This document shows positions 27,493-38,095 of a DNA stretch of 49,978 bases, piece after piece. The notes under the pieces were generated by a model. It was not told the DNA's origin, did not search any database, and was given only the letters and a program-made list of their open reading frames with translations. Position 1 is the first letter of the stretch, and each line of letters starts with the position of its first letter. Made by a program: the position numbers and the translations under genes. Source of the stretch: an uncultured Bordetella sp. (GTDB lineage: Bacteria > Pseudomonadota > Gammaproteobacteria > Burkholderiales > SG8-39); contig CAZZDV010000006.1 of NCBI GenBank assembly GCA_964652785.1, positions 1 through 49,978 of the forward strand. Reading direction: 5' to 3'.

Positions 27493-28395
27493 TCAGGTGT
27501 AGCCGAACGTGCGAAGCGCGCGCGCGTCCTCGGTCCACCCGCGCTTCACCTTGACCCACAGGCCGAGGTAGACCTTGCCGTCGAAAAGCTGCTCCATGTC
27601 CTTGCGCGCCGCGGTGCCGATGCGCTTGAGCCTCTCGCCCTTGTCGCCGATGACGATCGGCTTGTGGCTCTCGCGGTCCACCCAGATCGTCGCCTCGATG
27701 CGGCGCAGGGCGCCCTCCTCCTTGAAACTGTCAATGGCCACTTCGCAGCTGTAGGGCAGCTCCTCGCCGAGCTCGCGGAAGAGTTTCTCGCGCACGAGCT
27801 CGGAAGCGAAAAAGCGCTCGTCGCGGTCGGTGAGCTGGTCCTCCGGGTACATCGGCTCGCCTTTCGGCAGCGCCTCGCGGATCACGCGCAGGAGCTCCTC
27901 CACGTTCTTGCCCGACTTCGCGCTGACCGGGACGATCGCGTGGAATGCGCGCTCCTTGGACACATTGTCGAGGAAAGGCAGCAGGCGTTCGCGCTCCTTC
28001 ACCATGTCGAGCTTGTTCGCAACCGCGATCACCTTGCGGCCGGCGGGAATCCTGGCGAGCAGGTTGCGGTCGGGCTCGAGGATCCGGGGGGCCTCGATCA
28101 CCCACAGGGCCACGTCGGAGTCGCGCGCGGCCTCGGTCGCCCGCCGGTTGAGCGTCTTGTTCAGGACATTGTTATGCAGGGTCTGGAAGCCGGGCGAGTC
28201 GACGAACACGTACTGGCAATCAGGCGTTGTCAGGATGCCGCGCACCAGGTGCCGCGTCGTCTGCGCTTTGCGCGAGACGATGGAAAGCTTCTGCCCGACG
28301 AAGCGGTTCAGCAGGCTCGACTTGCCCGTGTTCGGGCGACCGGCAATGCTGATGGTGCCGCAGCGGAAATCCTTGTCTTTGGTTGCGCTTGTCAT
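27493..28395 (-). CDS. era: GTPase Era
   Basis: Contains G1 GRPNTGKSSLLN, G3 DSPG and NKLD, plus a C-terminal KH domain. Confidence 0.93.
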   Translation of the reverse strand: MTSATKDKDFRCGTISIAGRPNTGKSSLLNRFVGQKLSIVSRKAQTTRHLVRGILTTPDCQYVFVDSPGFQTLHNNVLNKTLNRRATEAARDSDVALWVIEAPRILEPDRNLLARIPAGRKVIAVANKLDMVKERERLLPFLDNVSKERAFHAIVPVSAKSGKNVEELLRVIREALPKGEPMYPEDQLTDRDERFFASELVREKLFRELGEELPYSCEVAIDSFKEEGALRRIEATIWVDRESHKPIVIGDKGERLKRIGTAARKDMEQLFDGKVYLGLWVKVKRGWTEDARALRTFGYT

Positions 28396-29063
28396 CGATC
28401 GATCTGCTTGAGGATCTTCCCCGCTGCATTCTGCTCCGCGATGCGCCGCGTGCTTCCGCTGCCCGAGGCGGACAGCTTCAACTCATCGACCACGCACTCC
28501 ACCTCGAAGGTCTGACTGTGGGCGGCGCCTTTGGTTGCAACCACGCGGTAGGTGGGAAGCTTGTGCTGGTGCGCCTGCAGGTGCTCCTGCAGCAGCGTCT
28601 TGGCATCCTTGGCCGGCTTGGCCGGGTCGAGCCGGGCGAACTCGGCGTCGAACGTATGGCGAATCGAGTCTCGCACCGCTGTGTAGCCGCCATCCAGCAA
28701 CATTGCCCCGTACACTGCTTCGAGCGCATCGGCGAGCATGGAAGGACGCGTTCCGCCCCCATTGGCGAGCTCGCCTTCGCCAAGGCGCAGGAATTCGGAG
28801 AGCCCGAGCCCTTGGGCGATGCCAGAGAGCGAATCCTTGCGCACGAGGTTGGCCCGCAGCCGCGAGAGCTGGCCTTCGGATAGCGTGGGAAACCGGCTGT
28901 AGAGCTCCTCGGCCACAACGCAATTGAGGACTCCGTCGCCGAGGAACTCGAGCCGCTCGTTGTGCGGCGAGCCGAAGCTGCGGTGGGTGAGCGCCTGTTC
29001 GCGCAACGCACCGCTCTTGAACTGGTAAGCGATGCGCTTGTCTAGAAGCGGGGGGCGCGCCAC
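28392..29063 (-). CDS. rnc: Ribonuclease III
   Basis: Contains QALTHRSFGSPHNERLEFLGDGVLN and a C-terminal dsRBD. GTG 29063 (223 aa) is preferred to the ORF-track start at 29171, which would overlap the upstream gene. Confidence 0.9.
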   Translation of the reverse strand: MARPPLLDKRIAYQFKSGALREQALTHRSFGSPHNERLEFLGDGVLNCVVAEELYSRFPTLSEGQLSRLRANLVRKDSLSGIAQGLGLSEFLRLGEGELANGGGTRPSMLADALEAVYGAMLLDGGYTAVRDSIRHTFDAEFARLDPAKPAKDAKTLLQEHLQAHQHKLPTYRVVATKGAAHSQTFEVECVVDELKLSASGSGSTRRIAEQNAAGKILKQIDR

Positions 29064-29079
29064 CGGGGATGCGTCGGGC

Positions 29080-29433
29080 TCACTCTTTCGAGTTCGCGGC
29101 GAAGTCGATGTACAGTCCGATGTTGGCGAAGAGCGGCACTTCCTTCTTGTAGGCGAAGGAGATGACCACATCCCCGCCGTCCTTGGTGATCTCGAGGTCG
29201 CTTGCGGAGATGGTCTTGATCTCGTCGATCATCGTGCGCTGATCCCAGGACTTGCGGATCTCGGCCACGCTGGCATTGCGCTTTTCCTGCGCGATGGCCT
29301 TGATGTGCTTTTTCGCAGTGAAGAACTCGCCCACGGCGGGGCCGACCTTCATTCCGAGCAGGGCCACGAAAATCAGGATTACGAAAACAATGATCAGGCC
29401 GCTGAGGCTGACGCCGGTTTGCTTGTTGCGCAT
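29080..29433 (-). CDS. DUF4845-domain small membrane protein
   Basis: 117 aa, with an N-terminal TM segment GVSLSGLIIVFVILIFVALLGMKVGP. It occupies the conserved position between lepB and rnc. Confidence 0.7.
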   Translation of the reverse strand: MRNKQTGVSLSGLIIVFVILIFVALLGMKVGPAVGEFFTAKKHIKAIAQEKRNASVAEIRKSWDQRTMIDEIKTISASDLEITKDGGDVVISFAYKKEVPLFANIGLYIDFAANSKE

Positions 29434-29468
29434 GAAAATCTCCCCGAATCCCTTGTTGATGCTTCCCG

Positions 29469-30260
29469 CTATCTGAATGAGCCGAAACGCCCGAGCTCGT
29501 TCAGGTTGAGCCAGATGAAAAACGCCTTGCCTACGATGTTCTCGTCGGGCACGAAACCCCATACCCGGCTGTCGCTCGAATTGTCCCGGTTGTCGCCCAT
29601 CACGAAATAGTGGCCGGGCGGAACGGTGCAGGAAAGGCCGGACGTATTGTAAGTGCAATTGCCCGAGTGCGGAAACGGCCGGCCGCCCTGCGGGGCAAAC
29701 GAAGGCGCGTCGTCCTCGAGCAGGATTTCGTGCTCGCGCTTTCCGGCCGTCTCGACGAAACGGCGCGAAAACTGCATGCGCTCACGCGAAAGGTAGTCAT
29801 CGAGCTGCTTCACCGGCAGGAGCTTGCCGTTTACCGAAACCCGCTTGTTCTTGTACTCGATGCGGTCGCCCGGAAGGGCCATTACGCGCTTGATGTAGTC
29901 GAGCGAGGGGTCGTCCGGGTAGCGGAACACCATGACGTCCCCGCGCTCAGGGATCCCGAGGTCGACGATCTTCTTGTTGATGACGGGCAGCCGGATGCCA
30001 TACGTGAACTTGTTCACGAGGATGAAATCGCCGATGAGCAGGGTCGGGATCATCGAGCCCGAGGGGATCTTGAACGGCTCGAAGAGGAACGAGCGCAGCA
30101 GGAAAACGATCAGGATGACCGGAAAGAAGCTGACCGAATATTCGACCCACCAAGGCTCTTTCGCCTCGGTTGCCCGTTTCTTGCGCAACCACAGGAGATC
30201 GACGAGGCAGACCAGGCCGGTAACGACGAGAAGCAGCAGCAGGAACAGGGCAAAGCTCAC
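29469..30260 (-). CDS. lepB: Signal peptidase I
   Basis: Contains the catalytic boxes IPSGSMIPTLLIGD, RGDVMVFRYP and YFVMGDNRDNSSDSR. Confidence 0.93.
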   Translation of the reverse strand: MSFALFLLLLLVVTGLVCLVDLLWLRKKRATEAKEPWWVEYSVSFFPVILIVFLLRSFLFEPFKIPSGSMIPTLLIGDFILVNKFTYGIRLPVINKKIVDLGIPERGDVMVFRYPDDPSLDYIKRVMALPGDRIEYKNKRVSVNGKLLPVKQLDDYLSRERMQFSRRFVETAGKREHEILLEDDAPSFAPQGGRPFPHSGNCTYNTSGLSCTVPPGHYFVMGDNRDNSSDSRVWGFVPDENIVGKAFFIWLNLNELGRFGSFR

Positions 30261-30268
30261 ATCGACCT

Positions 30269-32068
30269 CTACTTGTCATCCATCTGGAGCACGGCAAGAA
30301 AGGCTTCCTGAGGGATCTCGACCGAGCCGACCTGCTTCATTCGCCGCTTGCCTTCTTTTTGCTTCTCGAGGAGCTTCTTCTTGCGGCTGATGTCCCCGCC
30401 GTAGCACTTGGCGAGCACGTTCTTGCGCAGCGCTTTGACGTTTTCACGGGCAACGATGTGGGCGCCGATCGCCGCCTGGATGGCCACGTCGAACATCTGC
30501 CTCGGAATCAGCCTGCGCAGGCGGCTGACGAGGTCGCGCCCCCGGTACTGGGAATTTGCGCGATGGACCATCACCGAGAGCGCGTCCACGCGCTCGCCGT
30601 TGATGAGCACGTCGAGCTTCACCATGTCCGCGGCCCGGTATTCCTTGAATTCGTAATCGAGCGAACCGTAGCCGCGAGTAAGCGATTTGAGCTTGTCGAA
30701 GAAGTCGAGCACGACTTCCGACAACGGCAGGTCGTACTTCAGCACCACGTGCCGGGCCGTGTACTGCATGTTCTCCTGCACGCCGCGCTTCTGCGTGCAG
30801 AGCGTTATCACCGCGCCGACATATTCCTGCGGCGTGAAGATGGTGACCGAGATGATCGGCTCGCGGATCTCGGCGATCTTGGAGGGATCCGGCATCTTGG
30901 CCGGGTTCTGGATGAGCTCGATCGCACCGTCACGCTCCTCGACCTCGTACACGACCGTCGGCGCAGTGGTCACGAGCTGCATGTCGTATTCGCGTTCCAG
31001 GCGCTCCTGGACGATGTCCATGTGCAGAAGGCCGAGGAACCCGCAACGAAAGCCGAAACCCAGCGCCTGCGAAACCTCGGGCTCGTACTGCAGAGAGGAA
31101 TCGTTCAGGTGCAGCTTTTCCAGCGCTTCGCGAAGGTTCTCGTACTGGTTGGCTTCGACCGGGTACAACCCTGCAAACACCTGCGGCTTGACCTCCTTGA
31201 ACCCGGGCAGGGACTCGGTCGCGCGCTTGTCGGCGAGGGTTACGGTGTCGCCGACCTTTGCCGCCCTCAGCTCCTTGATACCCGCCACGACGAAGCCGAC
31301 CTCGCCTGCCGAGAGACTGTCGCGCGATTGCGATTTGGGCGTGAACACGCCGACCTGCTCGCACAGGTACGTGAGGCCGGTGCTCATCAGCAGGAGCTTG
31401 TCCTTGGGCTTGAAGCTGCCATCGACGACCCGGACGAGCATGACCACGCCGACATAGTTGTCGAACCATGAATCGATGATCAGCGCCTTGAGCTGCGAGT
31501 CGCGCCGCCCTCCGGGCGGCGGCACGCGCTCGATGACCGACTCGAGGATGTCCTGGATCCCGATCCCGTTCTTTGCGCTTGCGTGGATCGCATCCTTTGC
31601 GTCGATGCCGATCACGTCCTCGATCTCGCTGATCGCCTGTTCCGGATTGGCGGACGGAAGGTCTATCTTGTTGAGGACCGGGATGACTTCGACGCCCTGC
31701 TCGATCGCCGTATAGCAGTTTGCGACTGTCTGCGCCTCTACGCCCTGGGATGCGTCCACGACGAGCAATGCGCCTTCGCAGGCCGCCAGCGACCGGCTGA
31801 CCTCATAGGAAAAGTCGACGTGGCCCGGCGTGTCGATCAGGTTCATCTCGTAGATCTCGCCGTTTCGCGCCTTGTAGCGCAGCGCGGCGGTCTGGGCCTT
31901 GATCGTGATGCCCCTCTCCCGCTCCAGGTCCATGGAGTCGAGCACCTGCGCTTCCATCTCCCTGTCCGACAGCCCGCCGCAGTACTGGATAAACCTGTCA
32001 GCGAGCGTCGACTTGCCGTGGTCGATGTGCGCAATGATCGAGAAGTTGCGGATGTGGTCTTGGGACAT
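30269..32068 (-). CDS. lepA: Translation elongation factor 4
   Basis: 599 aa, [20 protein letters not shown]...[10 protein letters not shown]..., with a LepA-specific C-terminal domain. Confidence 0.95.
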   Translation of the reverse strand: MSQDHIRNFSIIAHIDHGKSTLADRFIQYCGGLSDREMEAQVLDSMDLERERGITIKAQTAALRYKARNGEIYEMNLIDTPGHVDFSYEVSRSLAACEGALLVVDASQGVEAQTVANCYTAIEQGVEVIPVLNKIDLPSANPEQAISEIEDVIGIDAKDAIHASAKNGIGIQDILESVIERVPPPGGRRDSQLKALIIDSWFDNYVGVVMLVRVVDGSFKPKDKLLLMSTGLTYLCEQVGVFTPKSQSRDSLSAGEVGFVVAGIKELRAAKVGDTVTLADKRATESLPGFKEVKPQVFAGLYPVEANQYENLREALEKLHLNDSSLQYEPEVSQALGFGFRCGFLGLLHMDIVQERLEREYDMQLVTTAPTVVYEVEERDGAIELIQNPAKMPDPSKIAEIREPIISVTIFTPQEYVGAVITLCTQKRGVQENMQYTARHVVLKYDLPLSEVVLDFFDKLKSLTRGYGSLDYEFKEYRAADMVKLDVLINGERVDALSVMVHRANSQYRGRDLVSRLRRLIPRQMFDVAIQAAIGAHIVARENVKALRKNVLAKCYGGDISRKKKLLEKQKEGKRRMKQVGSVEIPQEAFLAVLQMDDK

Positions 32069-32124
32069 GGATAAAGAAAAAGGGCGCCCGAATTTTCATC
32101 GGCACACCCTTCTGGGAACGTCTG

Positions 32125-32370
32125 TCATTTTACCGCAAGGCGGGCCTGCAAAGCGGCCAGGTCGAGGAAGTAATGGCAGATTTCAAGCCCCTGCGCGTCG
32201 GTGAGCACGGGCACCAGCTCGCCATAGCGTTCTTCGATCGCCGCGTCGGCATCGACGTCGACGACCTCGAAGCTGAAATCCATCGACGCCTGCAGCGCCC
32301 TGAGGGCCACAGCCATGTCTTCGCAAAGATGGCAGTAGGAGCGCCCGTACAGCGTCAGGCGCTCAGCCAA
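32125..32370 (-). CDS. Glutaredoxin-like protein (DUF836)
   Basis: LTLYGRSYCHLCEDM...VDVDADAAIEERYGELVPVL has a CxxC motif in a thioredoxin-fold context. The start is uncertain (TTG 32370). The 396-aa ORF-track entry is an artefactual 5' extension through mucD. Confidence 0.65.
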   Translation of the reverse strand: MAERLTLYGRSYCHLCEDMAVALRALQASMDFSFEVVDVDADAAIEERYGELVPVLTDAQGLEICHYFLDLAALQARLAVK

Positions 32371-32378
32371 CGCGAACC

Positions 32379-33830
32379 TCAGCCCTTGTCGGCGAGGCCG
32401 CTGACCGTCACGAACGCGGCGGAATCGCCCCGCCGCACGTGAAGCGTGATCGTGGCGCCTTTGTCCAGACCGGCAAGCACCTTGTTGAGCTGGTCGACCG
32501 ACTTGAGCTCGGTCTGCTGCCCCCGGTGAACGAGCGTCAGCAGGACGTCGCCGCGGCGGAAATCGCCCCTGACATCGGGCTTGACCTCGCCCACGAAAAG
32601 CCCGCCCGGCAGCTTGAAATCCTTCTTCTGGTCGGCCGTGAGCTCGGTGACCACGAGCCCGAGGCGGTTCGCTGCGACTTCCGCTGGTTTTGCGCTCTTG
32701 GGCGGTTCGCGCGAGGCCAGCCTGTCTTCCGGCAATTCGCCAACCGTGAGGGTCACGTCCTTCGTGGCGCCCTTGCGCAGCACCTGCACGGAGGCCTGCG
32801 CGCCGGGCCGCGTCGAGCCGACAATACGCGGCAGGTCGCTGGAGGATTCGATCTGCCTGCCGTCGAACTTGACGATGATGTCGGCCGCTTCGATGCCCGC
32901 CTTGTCCGCCGGGCTCCCCTTCTCCACCTGGTTGACCAGGGCGCCGATGGGCCTGGGCAGGCCGAACGAATCGGCCAGCTCGCGCGTGACTTCCTGGATG
33001 ACCACGCCGATCCGGCCGCGGGACACGCGGCCTTTTGCGCGCAGCTGGTTCTGGATATCCAGTGCAACGTCGATTGGGATGGCGAACGACAGCCCCATGA
33101 AGCCGCCTGTGCGGCTGTAGATCTGCGAATTGATGCCGACGACTTCGCCGCGCATGTTGAAAAGCGGCCCGCCCGAATTGCCGGGGTTGATCGCCACATC
33201 CGTCTGGATGAACGGGACGAAATTCTCCTGCGGCAGTGACCTCCCCTTGGCGCTCACGATGCCCGCGGTGACGGTGTTGTCGAATCCGAAGGGCGAGCCG
33301 ATGGCCAGCACCCATTCGCCGACCTTGAGTTTCATCGGGTCGCCCATGCGCACCACCGGAAGCTGGGTCGCCTCGATCTTGATCAGGGCCACGTCGGTGC
33401 GCTTGTCCGCGCCGATGACCTTTGCCTTGAATTCGCGCTTGTCGGTGAGGCGCACGTTGATCTCGTCCGCGCTCTCCACCACGTGCGCGTTGGTGAGGAT
33501 GTAGCCGTCGGCGCTGATGATGAAACCCGAGCCCAGGGAGCGGCTCTCCGGCTGGCGCGGCGCCGGCCCTTGCCCCTGACCGGGCGGCTGGCGGGGAATG
33601 AATCGGCGGAAAAAATCGTAGAAGGGGTCGTTCTCGTCAAGTTCCGGCATCTGCGGAACGTTTGGCGTGGTGGACCGGCGAGTGGTCTGGGTCGTGCTGA
33701 TGTTGACGACCGCCGGGCCATGGCGCTCGACGAGCTCGGTGAAATCGGGCAGCTCGCGGCCTTGCGCCTGGAGCGGCCCGGTCGCGAGCAGCGCCAAGCA
33801 AGCCATCGCGATTCTGAGTACGCGCATCAT
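32379..33830 (-). CDS. mucD: Do/DegQ-family periplasmic serine endoprotease (MucD-type)
   Basis: Has a signal peptide, TNAHVV (His), DVALIKI (Asp) and GNSGGPLFN (Ser), followed by two PDZ domains. It lies downstream of rpoE-mucA-mucB. Confidence 0.9.
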   Translation of the reverse strand: MMRVLRIAMACLALLATGPLQAQGRELPDFTELVERHGPAVVNISTTQTTRRSTTPNVPQMPELDENDPFYDFFRRFIPRQPPGQGQGPAPRQPESRSLGSGFIISADGYILTNAHVVESADEINVRLTDKREFKAKVIGADKRTDVALIKIEATQLPVVRMGDPMKLKVGEWVLAIGSPFGFDNTVTAGIVSAKGRSLPQENFVPFIQTDVAINPGNSGGPLFNMRGEVVGINSQIYSRTGGFMGLSFAIPIDVALDIQNQLRAKGRVSRGRIGVVIQEVTRELADSFGLPRPIGALVNQVEKGSPADKAGIEAADIIVKFDGRQIESSSDLPRIVGSTRPGAQASVQVLRKGATKDVTLTVGELPEDRLASREPPKSAKPAEVAANRLGLVVTELTADQKKDFKLPGGLFVGEVKPDVRGDFRRGDVLLTLVHRGQQTELKSVDQLNKVLAGLDKGATITLHVRRGDSAAFVTVSGLADKG

Positions 33831-33858
33831 TCGTTTTCCCCTTGCCTCGGTTCCTGAA

Positions 33859-34830
33859 TCATTTCGGACGGTATTCGACCGTGTCCCCGATCTGCTGCAC
33901 CGTCTTCGCCGGCGCTTCGCCGACGACTGTGACCACATGGTTGGCGAGCTCGCGGGTATAGATATTTACCGCGCCCATGCTCGACAAGCCCTTGCGGACC
34001 GGCTCTTGCCGAAGCTCGATCGGTTCGATGAAGACCGAGACCGCGGCCAGCCCGTCGGAGTAAACGATCTGGCTGACTTTCTGCGAGTGCCCGAGCTGCC
34101 GGTTGATCTCGACGACTTTATGAAAGCCGGGAATGCCGGCGTTGACGGTCCACCCGCTCCTGGCGAGGTCCGCCTTGACCACCCCTGCGTTTTCCACCCT
34201 CCATTGCCTGCTCTCGCCGGAGAACGACGACTTCACCGCTTCCTTGTCGATGTTGCCGCCGATGTTCAACTGGGTGAACGTGAACTCCTCCACCGCTTCG
34301 CCGCGCTCGTTCACGATGCGGGCCTTGAGCAGCATGCCGGTGGAGATGTCCGCCCACAGCTTGTATCCGTAGCGGTATTCATCCTTGGGCTTGAGCGAGA
34401 TCGCCTGGCAGTCGAAGCCCGCGATGCGCGCTGTCTCCTCTTTGCTCACCACGTATTGCTCCGACAGGGCCGCATTCTGCGCCGGGAGCAGCGCAGGGAA
34501 AGTCGGATGCTTCGAGCGCCGGTCAACCTTGACGACCTTGATGTCCGGCAGGTAGCACTTGACCTCGTCGCCGTTACGCACGATCTCGCGGCGCACGCCG
34601 TCGAGGGCTTCGAGTTTTTCGATATCGGTGCGCGCATCGACGATCCGCGTGATGCGCGAGGATTCGCTGCGGTCGCCCTGCCGGTATACGAAAGTGCCGG
34701 AGTAGCTGAGCTTCTGCGAGGCCTGGTAGATCCTCTTAAGCCAGGCGGCCGCATCCTGCTGCGGTTGCAGTTGCGGCTGCGAAAACGCCAGGCCGGGCGC
34801 CAGCATCAACAGGAAAGCCAGCACCCTCAT
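33859..34830 (-). CDS. rseB: Sigma-E regulatory protein RseB/MucB
   Basis: Has a signal peptide and AAAWLKRIYQASQKLSYSGTFVYRQG, typical of the MucB/RseB N-terminus. Confidence 0.88.
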   Translation of the reverse strand: MRVLAFLLMLAPGLAFSQPQLQPQQDAAAWLKRIYQASQKLSYSGTFVYRQGDRSESSRITRIVDARTDIEKLEALDGVRREIVRNGDEVKCYLPDIKVVKVDRRSKHPTFPALLPAQNAALSEQYVVSKEETARIAGFDCQAISLKPKDEYRYGYKLWADISTGMLLKARIVNERGEAVEEFTFTQLNIGGNIDKEAVKSSFSGESRQWRVENAGVVKADLARSGWTVNAGIPGFHKVVEINRQLGHSQKVSQIVYSDGLAAVSVFIEPIELRQEPVRKGLSSMGAVNIYTRELANHVVTVVGEAPAKTVQQIGDTVEYRPK

Positions 34831-34837
34831 TCGCGAC

Positions 34838-35350
34838 TCAACGCGGTCGCGCGGAATCGGACACCGTGCGCACGTACGGGGCGACGCCCTGAAGCGTGCT
34901 GCGCGGCGAATAATTCTGGTGCGCGAGCAGGTAATCGTTGACTGCGCCAGGCATCGGCACCACGGTCACGACCGCAGGCTTGGCCCGCTCGGGCGCCCTG
35001 CCGGCCACCGTTTGCACCTGGGAGTCGAAAAATTGCGGGGCCATCGAGCCGACCACGGCGACCGCCGCGATGCTTGCTGCTGCCGACAGGGGAATCCATG
35101 TGCGGCTTTTCTTGGCCCGCGGCGGGATGGCGGCCGGCGCGAGGATCGTCGGCTCCTTGGCCAGGCGCTCGGCAAAGCGCGCCGAGAATCCGCTCGAGAG
35201 CATCGGATTCTCCTTGAGCGAGTCGGTGATGAGGTGATAGCACCTCCAGGTCTCGAGGGCCTCTCCTCCCTGGCGCAAGGCGCCTATGGGCGCATCGACC
35301 TCGCCCTCGGCGAGTTCGCCGTCCATCAGTGCCGAAATCCTGTCTTTCAT
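34838..35350 (-). CDS. rseA: Anti-sigma-E factor RseA/MucA
   Basis: MKDRISALMDGELAEGE...WRCYHLITDSL is the RseA N-terminal domain. A central TM segment follows. Confidence 0.85.
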   Translation of the reverse strand: MKDRISALMDGELAEGEVDAPIGALRQGGEALETWRCYHLITDSLKENPMLSSGFSARFAERLAKEPTILAPAAIPPRAKKSRTWIPLSAAASIAAVAVVGSMAPQFFDSQVQTVAGRAPERAKPAVVTVVPMPGAVNDYLLAHQNYSPRSTLQGVAPYVRTVSDSARPR

Positions 35351-35354
35351 GATG

Positions 35355-35954
35355 TCACCATCTCCTGTCGTCGCCGGTATCCAGCAACGGCTTCAGCTGA
35401 TCGGCTATCGCTTCACGCGCGCGGAATATCCGCGAGCGCACGGTCCCGATCGGGCAATTCATTATCTGTGCAATGTCCTCGTAGCTCATGCCTTCGATTT
35501 CGCGGAGCTGGATGGCTGTGCGCAATTCCTCGGGCAGGGATTCCATGGTTCTGTTGACCGTGTCGCCGATCTCGCGGCTCAGGAGCAGGCTTTCCGGCGT
35601 ATTGATGTCCCGCAGCTGCTCGCCTTCGTCCAGGCTCTCGGCTTCTTCGGCATCCACCCCCGTCGAAGTCGGCGCCCTGCGGCCCGCGGCCATCAGGTAG
35701 TTTTTTGCGGTATTGATGCCAATCCTGTACAGCCATGTGTAGAACGCGCTGTCGCCGCGGAACTTCGGCAACGCGCGATACGCCTTGATAAAAGCTTCCT
35801 GGGTCACATCCTCCACCTCGGCCGGATCCCGCACGAACCGGGACAACAACCTGGCAAGCTTGCGCTGGTACTTCTCTACCAGCAGCCCGAAAGCCTGCTT
35901 GTCGCCCCGCTGGGCACGCTCAACCAGCTCCTGATCAATTTCGCGATCACTCAT
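35355..35954 (-). CDS. rpoE: ECF RNA polymerase sigma factor sigma-E (RpoE/AlgU)
   Basis: Contains DQELVERAQRGDKQAFGLLVEKYQRKL...SYEDIAQIMNCPIGTVRSRIFRAREAI. Confidence 0.95.
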   Translation of the reverse strand: MSDREIDQELVERAQRGDKQAFGLLVEKYQRKLARLLSRFVRDPAEVEDVTQEAFIKAYRALPKFRGDSAFYTWLYRIGINTAKNYLMAAGRRAPTSTGVDAEEAESLDEGEQLRDINTPESLLLSREIGDTVNRTMESLPEELRTAIQLREIEGMSYEDIAQIMNCPIGTVRSRIFRAREAIADQLKPLLDTGDDRRW

Positions 35955-36011
35955 CGCCAGGCTGCTCCGCCCGACGGGTCACGCTTGAGGATCAAATAAT
36001 GCGTATGTGGC

Positions 36012-36038
36012 ACAGACAGGTTTCCGGGGAAATAGTTC
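36012..36038 (-). promoter_or_regulatory. Candidate sigma-E-type autoregulated promoter of rpoE
   Basis: The minus strand reads GAACTA-N16-TCTGT, compared with the sigma-E/AlgU consensus GAACTT-N16/17-TCTGA. It lies about 60 nt upstream of the rpoE ATG. Confidence 0.5.
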
Positions 36039-36042
36039 GACG

Positions 36043-36504
36043 CTACGCGTCCTGGGGAAGGCACGCCGGAGGGCGCGCCGGGAGCGCATCCCATAGCGAC
36101 CACAGGCGCAGGTGCCTGAACTCCCCGTCCGCAAGCATATCCCGGGCGATCAGCACAGTGCGATTCCCCAGGGTTGAACGCTCGAGGACGAGAACGACCA
36201 GCCAGCGGCTTACATACCGCCTTGCAGCAACCTGAACCTGGATTTCCCGGCCACTGCGCAAAGTAGCCACTAATTGGCCGTCGCGGCCAAGTTCGAGCGC
36301 GACGATTGCGCACGAGCCCCAAAGCAGGGTGCGGTTACGCACGGCCATGATCGAAAGCAGGATCGCCAGTCCGGCAACGCCCACCCCTGCCGGGTGAGGA
36401 AGCGCAGCCCAGAGGATCGCTCCTGCGGCGAGATGCACGGCCGCCGTAAGCACTGTCAAGACCGGGGATGCGCGAATTTCCAGGCGCAACGGCCGTCCGC
36501 TCAA
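36043..36504 (-). CDS. Two-TM membrane protein, YgfX/CptA-like (DUF1434-like) hypothetical
   Basis: Has two predicted TM helices ([21 protein letters not shown]; [16 protein letters not shown]). The C-terminal ...[18 protein letters not shown] resembles the YgfX tail as I recall it. The TTG start forms a TTGA overlap with the fabF stop. Confidence 0.45.
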   Translation of the reverse strand: MSGRPLRLEIRASPVLTVLTAAVHLAAGAILWAALPHPAGVGVAGLAILLSIMAVRNRTLLWGSCAIVALELGRDGQLVATLRSGREIQVQVAARRYVSRWLVVLVLERSTLGNRTVLIARDMLADGEFRHLRLWSLWDALPARPPACLPQDA

Positions 36505-37739
36505 AGGCGGGTGAATATCAAGGTGCCGTTGGTGCCGCCAAACCCAAACGAGTTCGACAGGGCGGTGCCGATTTTCATCTTGCGAGCAGTATTAGGCACG
36601 TAGTCGAGGTCGCACCGCGGATCGGGATTGTCGAGATTGATGGTCGGCGGCGATACCTGGTCGCGAATCGCGAGGACGCTCGCGATCGCCTCGATGCCCC
36701 CCGCGGCGCCCAGCAGGTGCCCGGTCATCGATTTGGTGGAATTGACCGCGACCTTCTTTGCCCGGTCGCCCATCAGCTTCTTGACCGCCATCGTCTCCGC
36801 AATGTCGCCCAGAGGCGTGGACGTCCCGTGCGCATTGATGTAGTCGATGGCATCGGTGTTGATGCCCGCGTCGCGCAGCGCGTTGCGCATGCAGCGGAAT
36901 GCGCCATCGCCATCCTCGGCGGGCGCAGTTATGTGAAAGGCGTCGGAGCTCACGCCGTAGCCTGCGAGCTCGCAATAGATTCGCGCGCCGCGTGCCTTGG
37001 CATGCTCATACTCCTCGAGCACTACTGCGCCCGCACCCTCGCCGAGCACGAAGCCGTCGCGATCCCTGTCCCAGGGGCGGCTGGCTGCTTCAGGCACGTC
37101 ATTTCGAGTGGAAAGCGCTCGAGCCGAGGCGAATCCGCCCATCGCAAGTTCGGTGACTGTCGCCTCGGCACCGCCCGCGATCATTATTTCGGCCTCGCCA
37201 TAGCGGATCGACTTGGCCGCCTCGCCGATGCAATGCGTCGAAGTCGTGCACGCAGTGACGATGGCCAGGTTGGGGCCCTTGGTGCCGAGCATGATCGAAA
37301 GGTTGCCCGCGATCATGTTGATGATGGTGCTCGGAATGAAGAACGGCGAGATCCGGCGCGGGCCGTTCTTGAGCAGCTCGCTGTGCGTGCTCTCGATCAT
37401 CGGCAGGCCGCCGATGCCCGAGCCGAAATTGATGCCGGCCCGCTCGGGGTCTTCCGCCCCCATCTCGATGCCGGAGTCTTTCCACGCCTGCAGTCCCGCG
37501 GCCATGCCGTAGTGGATGAACGTGTCCATCCGGCGCGCTTCCTTGCTCGAAATGTACTCGGTCACGTCGAATCCCTTGACCTCGCCGGCAATCTGCGAGG
37601 TGATCCGCGACGGATCGAAACGGGTGACGCGCGTGATTCCGGACTTGCCGGCGACCAGGTTGTCCCATACGACAGGGACGGTATTGCCGACGGGACTGAC
37701 CACGCCCAATCCCGTGATTACGACTCTGCGGCGTGTCAA
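36501..37739 (-). CDS. fabF: Beta-ketoacyl-ACP synthase II
   Basis: 412 aa, [16 protein letters not shown]...[10 protein letters not shown]...[12 protein letters not shown]...SFGFGGTNG. Confidence 0.95.
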   Translation of the reverse strand: MTRRRVVITGLGVVSPVGNTVPVVWDNLVAGKSGITRVTRFDPSRITSQIAGEVKGFDVTEYISSKEARRMDTFIHYGMAAGLQAWKDSGIEMGAEDPERAGINFGSGIGGLPMIESTHSELLKNGPRRISPFFIPSTIINMIAGNLSIMLGTKGPNLAIVTACTTSTHCIGEAAKSIRYGEAEIMIAGGAEATVTELAMGGFASARALSTRNDVPEAASRPWDRDRDGFVLGEGAGAVVLEEYEHAKARGARIYCELAGYGVSSDAFHITAPAEDGDGAFRCMRNALRDAGINTDAIDYINAHGTSTPLGDIAETMAVKKLMGDRAKKVAVNSTKSMTGHLLGAAGGIEAIASVLAIRDQVSPPTINLDNPDPRCDLDYVPNTARKMKIGTALSNSFGFGGTNGTLIFTRL

Positions 37740-37768
37740 ACTGGCTCCGCTGGAAATGAGCGTGGGGG

Positions 37769-38008
37769 CTAGGCCTTCTGCCGGGCCTGGACGAAGTCGA
37801 TGGCCTGCTGGACGGTGGTGATCTTCTCGGCTTCCTCGTCCGGGATCTCGGTCTCGAATTCCTCTTCGAGCGCCATGACCAGCTCGACCGTGTCGAGCGA
37901 GTCCGCGCCAAGGTCGTCCACGAAGGACGATTCGTTCTTGATCTCGGCTTCGTTTACGCCAAGCTGCTCGGCGATGATTTTTCTTACGCGTTGTTCGATG
38001 TTATCCAT
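37769..38008 (-). CDS. acpP: Acyl carrier protein
   Basis: 79 aa with [26 protein letters not shown] Shine-Dalgarno sequence upstream of ATG 38008. Confidence 0.95.
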   Translation of the reverse strand: MDNIEQRVRKIIAEQLGVNEAEIKNESSFVDDLGADSLDTVELVMALEEEFETEIPDEEAEKITTVQQAIDFVQARQKA

Positions 38009-38095
38009 GTCCTGCTCCTTACCGGTTGGGCCAAGCTCAAGTGCGCGCATTTTACCAAAAGGTCCGCCCCGGGCTGAACGCGGCGGAAAACAAAT

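Noticed and set aside
36043-36504. YgfX/CptA-like membrane protein as the toxin of a CptA-CptB (SdhE) system
   Set aside because: No sdhE/ygfY-like partner is adjacent. The gene sits in a conserved housekeeping slot, translationally coupled to fabF and upstream of rpoE. The similarity to YgfX is judged from memory only, so I treat it as an orphan conserved membrane protein.
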